A stretch of DNA of 62,890 nt, filler included, from Reclinomonas americana ATCC 50394 (GCA_048213135.1; 7 parts of 4 records of this genome joined end to end with filler, not necessarily neighbours in it); one strand, 5' to 3'; shown: positions 11,101 through 22,890, numbered from the whole stretch's first letter. Notes: a model not told the origin generated them from the sequence alone. Numbers and translations are program-made.

Positions 11101-13778
11101 GAAGGCTGCTTCGCGCTCGGCAGTACGCTGCTCTCGAATCTGATCACGCGAGACACAAATATATCGGAAAGTCAACAATCAGGAGCCTTCTCTAGACGAA
11201 TGGACGTACCTCGAGGAGCACTTCGTCGCGCGCATAGGCCTCATTAGAAAACACGGTGAACACTGAAGCGTACATCGGGAGCTGCAACGGCTGATCGGGA
11301 TTGGCATTGGAGGGCAACAAATCACTCGCTTCAGCTCTGAATGCAGCGAATCTGTGCGTTTGCTTGTCGCCCGCTGGCACCAGGAAGTGGCGAATGGGAT
11401 CGCCTGCCTCCGATTCGGCCAGCAGAGCAATCTGCGTCGGCAGCACTAGTAATTAGGACGAAGAAACAAGATATCACGCCACAAGAATGGACTCAACTCC
11501 GGACACAAATCCAATGTTTTCTCCGTCGACCGTGGCACGAAGTTCGCGAGTGTCTTGTTGGTAAAACACACGCAGCCGCTCGACCTTAACAAGAGGCTCA
11601 GTGATTCGACGTGGACGTGAACCGACAAGACGCTCCCACCCTGGAGTGGACCGCGTCGATTCCGCACGTGCTCGAGTAACGAGTGTCTCGCAATAGATGG
11701 TAGGAACGTGCTACATGTGGCGACTAAGCAAGCGGTACTCTCATTAGACACGCGTCTTCCTCGTCACAAAAGTACCTGAGATAGAATGAGCTGCAAGTGC
11801 TGCTCGTGAGCGGGTTCGAATGGAGCATCGCGCCGAGCACGAGCTCCGAGTGCTGCACGCGACCGAACGGCAGAACGTGCCCAAAGCTCGAATATGGCGA
11901 CACTGTTTACCGCCGAAATGGCGTCCAGTGGTGATTCGGAATCAATGACAGCCCCGAGACCAAGGCATCGCACGGGTATTGCACTGCTGGTAGGGAAGCC
12001 AGCAAGCTTGGCAATCACATGGTTGAAGTCAGCAGGGCAAGTGGCGGCAAAGCAATCAAGCAATGCACTGAAAGGAACGCGATTAGTAGAAAGACGATAA
12101 GATGCTTCGTGCACCTCTTAGGCGACTACTCACGGATCGACGTCGTCGTTAGAAGCGATAACTTGATTGTACAATACCATTTGTTGCAAGCGCTCGGCTG
12201 CGGATGTCTGCATGCACAGTACGTAAGCGAGAAGGAAAGCAAATATCAACATGAATGTCTGCAAGCTCACCAACGAACTCGTCGAGGCGACCAGCGGCGC
12301 TTGCAAGCTCACCTGTTTGTTTGCTCGAACACACAACGGTATAAGCGTGGTGATACGAGGCATAGCGTCTTGCTGCAGTGAAACGTGCAGCGAAAGGGAC
12401 TGCAGTGCATCCGGAAGCGTTTGTCGCTCAGAGAAGAACAGAGGTGCGCCGAAACTGACACATCGAAGCCGCCTCTCCTCCAGCAGCGGGGGCTCAACAA
12501 GCTGCGCGTGGTGTCAATATCACAGAATGCTTTGCCACGAGACGCTCCCAACGAACCACACCACAGGCTTCAAGGCAGCGGCACAGGACGACCTCCGCAA
12601 TACAGCCAGAAGTCGAAAACCCGGTCAGCACCATGCGCCGAGTACCCGCAACAGTTGGGTCCACGAGAAAGTTGATCAGAGTCTGAGTATCAAACGAGCG
12701 ACCAATGTCGTCCACCACTGCCATAGCAGATCGCATCATGAGCGTCGTCATTCGCACGACAGATGCAAGCAGTGTCTACTCCACCTGTGGAGCCGTCTTG
12801 ACGCCGCGAGAGAAGGGAGACGCAGGACGCTCGGCGAACTTCGTCATCGCTTGCTCCAAACGAGGCCGCATGGAAGTGGAAAGCCACCACGTAAATTACC
12901 TCTCGATTCAGAAGCTCGCATTCGCATAGCCACCACGTCAGTCGTTGCTGATCACGGTCCAGAGCCTCTGCTTGAGTGTCGGCACCATCCACGTCACCAA
13001 CCACTGACGGCTATGCGTGTTCGCGCGAAATCTCTGTTGAGAACACACAGGAGTACAAGCCCAACAGAAAATCCACACGCACCTCGCACTTGTAGACTGC
13101 ACGAATGCGACGGGCGAATGCGCCATACAAGTGGCCTGGAGAACACGCGGTGTCTAAATCGACCTGACCTGCCACCAGTGCACAGCACAGCGCACAGAAT
13201 GCCAGCTCTTCGTGGCCAAATGAGGAGTTTGCCTGTGCCACTGCAGATGCGGTGGCGACACCGGCAGCAACTCTGAGAGCAGCCGAACGAGCAGCAAGCA
13301 AGTTGGCACCCACTGCATCGCCGTGGTCGAAGAGTGGATTGCCAGAACGCCAGCACACTTCTGCAGATGTGAAACACACATCAGAGATCGCGACAGCCTG
13401 CTTCTCTCATCAACTCAAACCCAACCATCGTCAGTTGCAAACTCTGCATCGTCCCGACGAGCGGCCACAAAGCGGAACCGCGGGTTGTTGATGCAAAGAA
13501 ACTATTGTTCGCACAATGCAGCACATTGTGGGTTTAGCGAGAAAGAGAGAAAGAGAGAGAGAGATGAACGCACGTGCTGTTGCACATCCAAAGCGGGAAC
13601 CCATTGATGATCATTTGCGTCGCCGACTGCAGGGAATGCGACTTGCAGCTGAAGTGTGTGGACAGGGGGCGGAGCAGCAGATGCCGAAGCTGCGCAACAG
13701 GTAACGTGAGGCACACTCTCACTCACTCACTCTCCCCGTGCTCCTTTCTTCTTCTTCTTCTTCTTTCTTCGCTCCCTC

Positions 13779-13820
<42 letters not shown>

Positions 13821-13969
13821 CCGCTCTCTGCTGCAAGTTTCGAGTGCAAGTACTCGGCAAGAAGCGCCAGTGAATTTTCCGTTGTCACTTGCTGGACAGT
13901 GGCCGCGTCCACCGTCACAAGCTTCCGCGATTCACTTGCATTGTCAGTGACCAACAGCACGCGCTTCAT
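8146..13969 (-). CDS. Lipase-3-like (degenerate elbow) to TRAFAC GTPase fusion protein, paralog B
   Basis: Start MKRVLLVTDN at 13969. Lipase-fold motifs FGHEELAFCALCCALV, IYVVAFH, MVLTGFSTSGCIAEVVL (12622-12605), RCVSFGAPLF, QQDAMPRI. GTPase G1 AFCGTSN|TGKS (spliced, about 9194-9097), G2 QRTQQ, G3 DVPG (8909), G4 LNKAD (about 8530). Ends ...ADCRVAILNDNKL...RNH* at 8146. Many short GT-AG introns. Confidence 0.8.
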
Positions 13970-14263
13970 AGACGCACAAAGGTGTTCGCTCAGTAGAGTG
14001 CAGTCGACAAGTCGTCTTTGTCGAAAAACAAAGGAAATCTGACGACATAATCGTTTTGGTGCATGCTGTGTCGCGGTTTGTATTCTCGTGGCGGGATCAG
14101 CGTGATGGGCCATAGGTACTCGCTGGCCTCATGCGTACAACTTCACACACGCTTGTACAAGCACCAGTCGCGTTTGCCGCGTTCAGTTGCATGCGCAGCT
14201 AATTATAAACCTGTCATACACGACTCGTGATCACACACCTGCAGTTGTTCGTCGGCTGCGAGA
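13970..14263. promoter_or_regulatory. Putative bidirectional promoter between the two lipase-GTPase paralogs
   Basis: About 294 bp separate the divergent ATGs (13969 minus, 14264 plus). TATAAA at 14204-14209. Confidence 0.5.
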
Positions 14264-14558
14264 ATGCCACTTGCCAAGCGCTGTGTGGTGCAACTGGACG
14301 TTGGAGACGACTCAGAGCCGCAGAAATGGAAGTTGTCACTTGCATTGGAGTCCGCGGAAGCCATTTCGTTCACTCAGCTGACAGCACTTCTCATCGACGC
14401 GGTGCGGCAGCGTGCGCCAGACCTGGTGCCATCGCCAGATGTGTGTGTGGTCACCTTCTGGCTCGCTGACTTCGACGACTGGGTGAGCCTGGACGAGGAC
14501 TCGTGGCAGGATGTTGCGTGCGTTTTTGTCAGACGCATTTCTCTGCTTGTCTCTCTCT

Positions 14559-14622
<64 letters not shown>

Positions 14623-17600
14623 ACGCACAGGTGATTGCTTGTGAAGCACCCCGCTTTCGCGTTTCTCTCCGTCGTGTCTTGCCACTGGCTCCGCTGTCTG
14701 CCATCGCCGTTGCTGCCGATTCAAGGACAGATGCCACCCCGGCACTGCTGTCATTATCTTCATCATCGGCGTCCGCATCATCGGCCTCCGCTGCTGCCGG
14801 CATTGCGTACTCAAGAGCATTTGGAGCACAAGACGATGACGCTTCAGGAGACGAGCTGAATGTCCTCGCCTTGCGCCTGGAGTTCCCCGCCGACGAGGAT
14901 GATGACGATGTCGAGGGAGGCGCAGACGCGGGTTCTGATCGCGTGCCCCCTGCAGATGGTGCGCGCCTATTTCGTGACGCCAACGTGATGCTGCCTGCAC
15001 TCACTCCGGTGTCGTTGCAGAGGCTGATTATGAGCACATGCTGACTTTCACGGGGATGCGCTCGTCGGTGGTGATCACTGACGCATCGCAACCAACATTC
15101 ACCGGCTTGCTGGCACCTCCACTGCCAGGCACCGGTGCATCAGCGTCCGCAGATGTTGCTTGTTCATCGGCCGCAGCGGCAGCAGTCAATGTGTCTGGTT
15201 CATCAGGCGTGGTATCTGCGAGTGCTCGCGTGCGACCGGCTGAGCGTAATCACGAGTCTCAGGCCCACAGTCAATCCCGTCGACTGGTGTCCAACAGGCG
15301 TGATGCCGCTGGTGGTCGCCTGGCCTCAGGCGTCGGAGAAGGCCACATGTTTGCCGGCCACGAACTCCTCAACGCCGCGTTACTGTCGGAGCTCGTCTAC
15401 GTCGATGAACCGGATCTGACGTTGCTGCGGCAACGCTACCCCATCAACCACACCATTCTCAACATTCGACTCGGAGTAATGGTGTGTCAGGAGCGTCTGC
15501 ATGGTGTGCTGTGTCTCTATCCACCAGTGTCACGTGTCACTAACTGTGTAAACGTGTACGTGGCAGCGGTTGCAAGGGACGATCCGCTGGCTGATTGCTG
15601 AGTGTTTCGACCCGGCAGTTGCTGCCTCGTCTGACTTGGAGGCCAGCAAGTACATCATCATTGCCTTCCAGGGGACGGACGCAGCCGAGATTCAACACTG
15701 GCTGACCAACGTCAATGCCGCTCAGACTAGGGGGTACGACGGTGGCCTACATCGCGGTACGCAATCATAAGTTTTATTAGTGATTCTCGGTTTCCAGCTC
15801 AGCGCACTGAATGAGTGCCTCTATTGGCTCAGGCTTTTCCAATGCGTCTGCGGCATTTGACATGCAGATAATATCCGGCCTTGTGTGTGACACCAAGGTG
15901 CCGACGATCCTCACGGGTCACTCTCTCGGTGGCGGTATCGCGCAGGCACTTTACGTCCGCTCCGCGCGAGTGAGTATTTTGCCCCAGCATTGATGATGAC
16001 CGTCCGATCACTCACCTGCTGTGTTCGCAGGCAATGCCGGGCTCAGTGTTCGTCGATGGGCTGTTGCGCTGTTTGACATTTGGTGCTCCTCTTGTTGCCG
16101 GTTTGTACGTGCCTCGGTAGAGTGTTGGTGCATGGTTGTTTGTTTCACAACTCAGTTGCTCGTGTGGCAGACCCGCGACTGGCGGCCAATGTTGAAAACA
16201 TCGCGGGTGGTGCGGTGGAGGCTGGCATGTGCCATATGGTTGACGATAGTGACCTTGTGCCGCGGTTGCTTCTTCTGTGCGACGCTGTGCGCGCAGCCGT
16301 TCTCGCAAATTCCAACATTATTACCGATGGGCAGCTGGTATGATGGTTTCGCCAGAATTTGCTGCTCGCACTATCCCTTTGATTTACTTGGCATCTCTCC
16401 AGCAACGCGTGCTCGAATTCGTTGGTGAACTCATTTATCGTGGAACACTGGCTGTTGCGGTGAATAGTGCTCACTCTCAACGATGCATCAACATTGTTTT
16501 AATCATTTCTTGCTGAACGTGCTGCCATGTGTCGCAGGGGCACTTTGGAATTCCGCCTCAGATAGTGGATGCTGCATACAGTCTGCTATCCAGAATGGTG
16601 CAGTCGTTTGCACGGCAGTATGCTCCACCTTACGAGCTCATGGGGTCGTACATTTTCGTTGGCGACCTTGGTAGCGTGCCCGCTACTGTTGCCAAAGCGA
16701 CAGCGCGCGAGCGCCTGCGTCAAATCCAGTCAAACTTCGCCACGGTCATGGGTCTGGAATCGTCTGCAGCAGAGACAAAGATGGAAGCGGTGCAGATGAT
16801 GGTCGCAAAGGTGAGCAGATGATTGTGAAACGCTTGCTCTACGCTTTGCTCACTTCTCGGCTCGTTTTACAGCACCGCATGCCAAATTACGTGGACAAGG
16901 CGCGTCGTATTGTTGAGCTCGACAGTGAGCTCCGGCCTCATGCGTACCGACTCCCGGTTGAGCCCACGCAAATCATGCCTCGATTCAGCAAACTTCGGCT
17001 TGTTCTCCGCAACAGGATGTTGATGCTCACGATTCAGGGATTCAACTTGCTGATGGTGATGGAGGTGTGTCTATCGCATCGTTCGTGCGCAGAGTTGTTG
17101 CCTTCTCTCATTCATCAGTTGCCGTTGTCTTCGGCTGTGTGCAGGCTCACCTCTTCCAACATGCAGCACGGATGGCATTAACGCAACAGCGGTCAAGCAG
17201 TGAGGTCGTTCTCGCGGCGCACTGCAGTCATCCGTTCCGTGACGGCGACGTTGCTCCGGTGGAGATCATCTTGCATCACAGAAATCCGCGGTCAGAGGCT
17301 GCGACGGGGTTGACGTTTAATGTTCGCGTGGAGGTGAGCTGCTCCCAACTGTTGTGTTTGACTCACGGAGAGACGTACTCAATGTATCAATTTTTTGCAG
17401 GTCATTACCGACTCAAGAAAGAAGGAGCAGTCGATGAATATGACACCATCAGAATTGGTACAGCTTGCATTTGCCATCATGCGGTCTGCGGTTGTTGCCG
17501 ACGGTCGCAATGCCAGTGGAGATCGGGAGAATCCAGCAGCCCTGGTCGTCATTCGTGTGAGTGGTTCACGTTCTATCTCTCCTTGCATGCTGCCTACAGC

Positions 17601-20056
17601 AGCGCTGTTCCCGCGGCCTAGCCTCACGCTGTCCTTCGTCACCGACAGAGAATGATTGAGTTAGTCAACGATGTCATCAAGCATGTGCCAGTGGATTTTA
17701 TTCCACTCATGTTTGCCGCCATGCTTCAAGACGAGAGGTTGATGGCTACGCCTGCAGCAATGCGGCTGCTGCGCACGCTCATTTTCGACACCATGAATCG
17801 ATATCGGCAGGTGAGGAACTGTTCCAATTGAGAATTAGCCACTTAGTGATTCACATGCGTGCACCGCGGGCAGATGATCTTTGGCAATTCGACTCTTGTC
17901 CTCAAGATCGTGGCCACTGTCACAGACTCCTTTGATCAAAACGTCCGAGTGCTGTTCGAAAACGACCTGGAGAGCGCACTGACGGCCGCATACGTCTCAA
18001 AAGTGCCCTTCTTTAGCACGCACACCGTGTTCGAACTGGACGATTTCATTCCTCCCCTTACGGAGGAGATTGTGGTTGAATGGGCGAGGCGCCCCGGCAA
18101 TCCGCAAGCGGATCTTGGAATCCCACCGGAGTTTCGTCTTTGTTGACGATCTTATGATCACAGCTCACTTCTTTGCTGAGCATTCCACTTACACCCTCGA
18201 CGTTGTGCAGGAGTCTGATGCTGTTGGGTCTTGTGGAGGTGTTTGACAGTCTTGCGTTCATGCCTCGTCTTCGCCGAACTGTCTGTTACGTCGACTCTCG
18301 GAAGATGCGTCTGCTTCCACATTCACACAATGTTCACGAGAGCTGTCCCACAGGGAATGCGATTTGGACGTCGACATTGAAGTCGCCTCTGTATGCTCTC
18401 CTTGGAGCTCTGTCGATTCCGATGGTGGTGCTGGGCCCTCTTTCTGCCGGTATGCAGTCTTGGTGATCCGAATTCGTCAGGAGTATCTGACGTGAACTGG
18501 TGCTCAGGTTTGAAGTATCCCGTGGACAAGGCGGGAGCGAAGCGAATTCTCAGCGAGAGTGTTGCCGCCCCGCGGTTTATCGTGGAAGACATGTCAACGG
18601 TTGGCCTCGGACAAGCAGAGGTGAGCCGCGAACGACGCTTGCTTGCGTCAGCAGCGTGTAATGCTTCTCCTCAACCGCACTCTGCAGGGTCCAGGCAAAG
18701 GAGCGCACAACACGTATCAAGGTCGATTGTGGCTGTGTGCTGAGGGAGTTGTTGGCAAAGACGAACTGGACGATCTGAGAGGTCGGGGGGACGTGTGCGC
18801 GGCAGAGGCCGCTGTGGCTAACGCAGTCAACTCTCTGGAGCACCGTGGTCCCGATCGCGTCGACAATATTCATTCCGACGTAGAATGGAAGCAGTTCACC
18901 AAGGAATGTTTCGTACCAGAGCAATGCGATTCGCGACCACTGCTTCAGGAAACTAACACGCGCGCGCAGCGAGTACCCTGCGACGCCTCGTAACATGTCA
19001 GCGAAAGTCGTACCTGGCATACATGCGCTTCCAGCGCTCAGTTGGCGAGCTGCGACAAGAACTCATCAACTTCCAGGCAGCAGGCTTCTTTGGATCGTCT
19101 ACAGTTCCGTGGAGCATCTGCACTGTTTTCATCTGCGGAAATGCTCACGCAACTGTTGGCCAGGTTGGCAAGTCATACACCATGTGGCAATTGTACTCTG
19201 AACAGATTTCCCGCATCGGAGGCGGTGATGCGAGTGCTCGCACGCAGGAGGTTTGTTACCTGTCTTTCACGGTGCGCACGACTATTTTGTTCTCATATAG
19301 GTGTGCACAACAGCCAGCCATGTATGCAATCAACACCGCTGCGAATCACGTGATCCATCTCTTTGACCTCCCGGGATACAATGACATTACCGACGCGGTG
19401 CGTCAGAGCGTTCGCGCAATTACTCGGGTGCGTGAGGTCGATGTCTCTGCTTTTCATCATCAACGGCCCCGCACTGATGATTCTTTGCGGGCGATGACTG
19501 TGCGATGCAGGTCCTCTCACATGTTGTTGTCATGCTCCCGCTTGCCGATGTAGCTCTCGACGAGTTGAACATTGTTCGCTTCTTGTTTGGCGACCAAGTG
19601 CCAGACGGTCACCGCAAACTCGTCCTCTTTAATAAGGCCGACATCATCATTGAGTCCATCTTGGAAGAGAGACAGGCGATGATGCCTGGCAGCAACGTCA
19701 ATGCGCGCGAACTGGCCACCGAAGCCGTCGCCGCTCTTCGACGGCAACTCACTGCGCAAATCGGCCGGCTCAATCGTCACTGTGGCAGACCGGTGTGTAC
19801 ACGGAGAGTGCGTGGTGAATGCAATGTGCGCTGACATCGTCCGCGCTTCCTGTGTGCACAGCAAGCAATCGACGTTGCGAACTGTCGCATGTCGATTATG
19901 AACGACCGACGTGTGCAGGCCATTCCTCTCCTGCGTGAGGTCGTCGAGATGGTGCGCGAGAGCATTGAAATCTGGTCGCCGAATGATCTGCGCGTTTGGC
20001 TGGAGAGAGCCTTGGATCCTCACGCCCACTACGATGATGACGGAGGCGTGCTGTGA
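14264..20056 (+). CDS. Class-3 lipase (intact Ser-Asp-His triad) to TRAFAC GTPase fusion protein, paralog A
   Basis: Start MPLAKRCVVQL at 14264. Lipase motifs GHELLNAALLSELVY, YIIIAFQGT, GGLHRG, ILTGHSLGGGIA (15916-15930), RCLTFGAPLVAG, DSDLVPRL (16251), HRMPNY (16873). GTPase G1 GFFGSST|VGKS (intron 19104-19163), G2 ARTQE, G3 DLPG (19365), G4 FNKAD (19631). Ends ...ANCRMSIMNDRRV...GGVL* at 20056. Confidence 0.85.
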
Positions 20057-20304
20057 GATTGGCGAAGAGAAGAGAAATGAAAACGAGACTGCGACGATGT
20101 TGTTAGCATTCGTGCCCACGTACAAATACGAGACTGCTGACAACTGCATTGTTCATGCTACATACAAAACACACGGGCGAGTCATTCATTTTTCCTATTT
20201 TCTTGTAAACAACACCATTACACACTATCCTCCGTGGTCCTTTTTCTTCCTTTTCTCCCCATGCTCCATAATTACGCTCCTCTCTCTCTCTCCCACCTCC
20301 CACC

Positions 20305-22598
20305 TCACGCCTGGCTCGACGGCTTCGCGGACGGCGCCTGCTGCTGCGGATTCCGTGCGGCTGCAAATCGCGATCCACCACTCGTCCCCGGCGACCCAAT
20401 CCGCGGACTCATCATCATCGCCTTGATGGCGGCGTTGCAGAGTGCCACACGCGGAGTCTTGGGTGTCAGCGACGGCGATGGCGCGGTGTTNNNNNNNNNN
20501 NNNNNNNNNNNNNNNNNNNNNNNNNNNNNNNNNNTTAATTAATTAANNNNNNNNNNNNNNNNNNNNNNNNNNNNNNNNNNNNNNNNNNNNCCGAGGAGGA
20601 GTGGCGATTTCGATTCCCTCGGCCCTGCTCTTCTACGACCGTGCGCAGCGCCACGGCGATCCGCAGGCGGCCTACGCCTATGCTCGCCTCAAGAGCAATC
20701 CCAATCTGCAGCCGCCGCCTCCGCCGGCACGCAACACCAAGCCCAAGCCGGTGCTGCGGGTGCAGGTTCCGCCGACGTCGCCGGCGGCGCCTGTCGAACG
20801 CAAGGCGCACAGGGCGGAGCGCGATCCGCCACCACCGTTGGTCTCGTACCCGCTTGACGAGCGCGGCGACGACAAGGACGTGCAGCTGTTGAATGCGAGT
20901 GGTACCATGGTGTGCCGCGTTCGCGCTCCCCCACAACCGATTCTCCGACGCCACGAACGCCCCTCCACTGCTCGCGATGTGTCGCCCGGGCGCTCTTCTT
21001 CAGCCTCAACACGCAAGTCACTGTCGCCGCCCCGATCGCGTGCCCCACGCAGCGAGGAGCAGGAGGCGTCGGCGTCGCCGAAGCGCGAGATTGCCGTGGA
21101 TGTGTCGCTGATTGACTCGAGCACGCCGACTTCGACGACCNNNNNNNNNNNNNNNNNNNNNNNNNNNNNNNNNNNNNNNNNNNNNNNNNNNNNNNNNNNN
21201 NNNNNNNNNNNNNNNNNNNNNNNNNNNNNNNNNNNNNNNNNNNNNNNNNNNNNNNNNNNNNNNNNNNNNNNNNNNNNNNNNNNNNNNNNNNNNNNNNNNN
21301 NNNNNNNNNNNNNNNNNNNNNNNNNNNNNNNNNNNNNNNNNNNNNNNNNNNNNNNNNNNNNNNNNNNNNNNNNNNNNNNNNNNNNNNNNNNNNNNNNNNN
21401 NNNNNNNNNNNNNNNNNNNNNNNNNNNNNNNNNNNNNNNNNNNNNNNNNNNNNNNNNNNNNNNNNNNNNNNNNNNNNNNNNNNNNNNNNNNNNNNNNNNN
21501 NNNNNNNNNNNNNNNNNNNNNNNNNNNNNNNNNNNNNNNNNNNNNNNNNNNNNNNNNNNNNNNNNNNNNNNNNNNNNNNNNNNNNNNNNNNNNNNNNNNN
21601 NNNNNNNNNNNNNNNNNNNNNNNNNNNNNNNNNNNNNNNNNNNNNNNNNNNNNNNNNNNNNNNNNNNNNNNNNNNNNNNNNNNNNNNNNNNNNNNNNNNN
21701 NNNNNNNNNNNNNNNNNNNNNNNNNNNNNNNNNNNNNNNNNNNNNNNNNNNNNNNNNNNNNNNNNNNNNNNNNNNNNNNNNNNNNNNNNNNNNNNNNNNN
21801 NNNNNNCCACGCTCAAACACCTCGCCCAGAGTGCGCGTCGACAGCACATGCCCCATCTCCGAGGCCTCACGCAGCACCTGCACCGCACGCGAGGCATTCG
21901 CCGCCAGCACTCCCTCCGGCACGCCATCCAGCAGCAGCTCCGCCAGCGCGTGCATGGCATCGGGAATGCGCATCAGTGTCATGGCTTGCAGATATGCCAC
22001 ATGACCGTGCAAGTCGCCCGCCAACTGCCGCTCACGCGCCGCCTGCAACAGCAGCGGTGCCAGACCCGGCAACGACTCCACCGACTGCCGGTAGTGCTGA
22101 TAGCGTGTGAGGCGCTCCTTGATCTCGTCGAGCTCCGCCTGGTGCTTCTTGTCGGCCTTTTCGCGCTCACGTGCGGCCTGCTCCAGCACGGCGTCGCGGT
22201 ACGCGTCGCCCGCGCTCGAGTCGACCACCACAGTCACTGCAGAGGACGCGTTGCGTTGGTGGTGGCGACGTTGGCGGCGCTGTTGTGTGGCCAGGAAACG
22301 CTGCGGTTGCACGAGGTCGTCCTCGTCGGACAAGTCGTCTGTGCAACGAAAGAGATGCATGGGTGTCGGAAGAACACATGTGTGCAGAGTGTGAGAGAGT
22401 GCACGTACCAGCCACTGTGCTGCGCGACTGGTTGACCGAGGTGGAGAGCGACGAGGAGAGAGAGCCGATCACGGCCGACACAGAGGTGTTGTGCTGCTGC
22501 GGCTTTTGTTGTTGTTGTTGTTGTTGATGACGAAAGCGGTCGAGCTGGCGACGCAGGTCGAGAGCCGAGGGGGTCGGTGGTGAACGAGACTTGCCCAT
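20305..22598 (-). CDS. Sel1-like repeat protein; internal contig 20591-21140 is inverted in the assembly
   Basis: Start MGKSRSPP at 22598. Sel1-like units AMHALAELLLDGVPEGVLAANASRAVQVLREASEMGH and TLGEVFERG|RGGVAISIPSALLFYDRAQRHGDPQAAYAYARL. The second unit joins in frame only if 20591-21140 is flipped. The frame then continues PTSTT|NTAPSPSL...SQA* to 20305. Confidence 0.65.
20535..20546. other. Artificial six-frame-stop linker TTAATTAATTAA inside a 100-bp N gap (also at 40418, 45450, 51214, 54074 and 58613)
   Basis: The identical 12-mer is flanked by 44 N on each side at six places, which marks it as a pseudomolecule/scaffolding spacer. Confidence 0.97.
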
Positions 22599-22890
22599 GA
22601 TGGTTGATGATAGAAGGGTGTGTGTGCGCGCGCTCACAAGACAAGTGAGAAGAGAGTTGACCGGAATTGAGACACGACTCTCAGTTCAAATAGGCTTATT
22701 TTCTTTCAGACCGCGGCTCTCACACTGGCTCCTTCGCACAACAGCGGCTCTCGAGTGGCAGTTTGACAACTGCACTGCTCTCATTCGCCGTCGCACACGC
22801 TTGTTGTTGTGTGTGTGTGTGTGTCTCGCATTACCCTCTCTCCACACATGCCACAAAAAATGTAACGGTCATCGGAATTTCATGACAATT

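Noticed and set aside
12251..13276. 341-aa plus-strand ORF
   Set aside because: It is antisense to the pseudo-lipase exons of paralog B, which carry the conserved motifs.
20535..20546. TTAATTAATTAA repeated six times as a biological motif (e.g. transposon target site or telomere-like element)
   Set aside because: It is always centred in exactly 100-bp N gaps, so it is an artificial six-frame stop linker.
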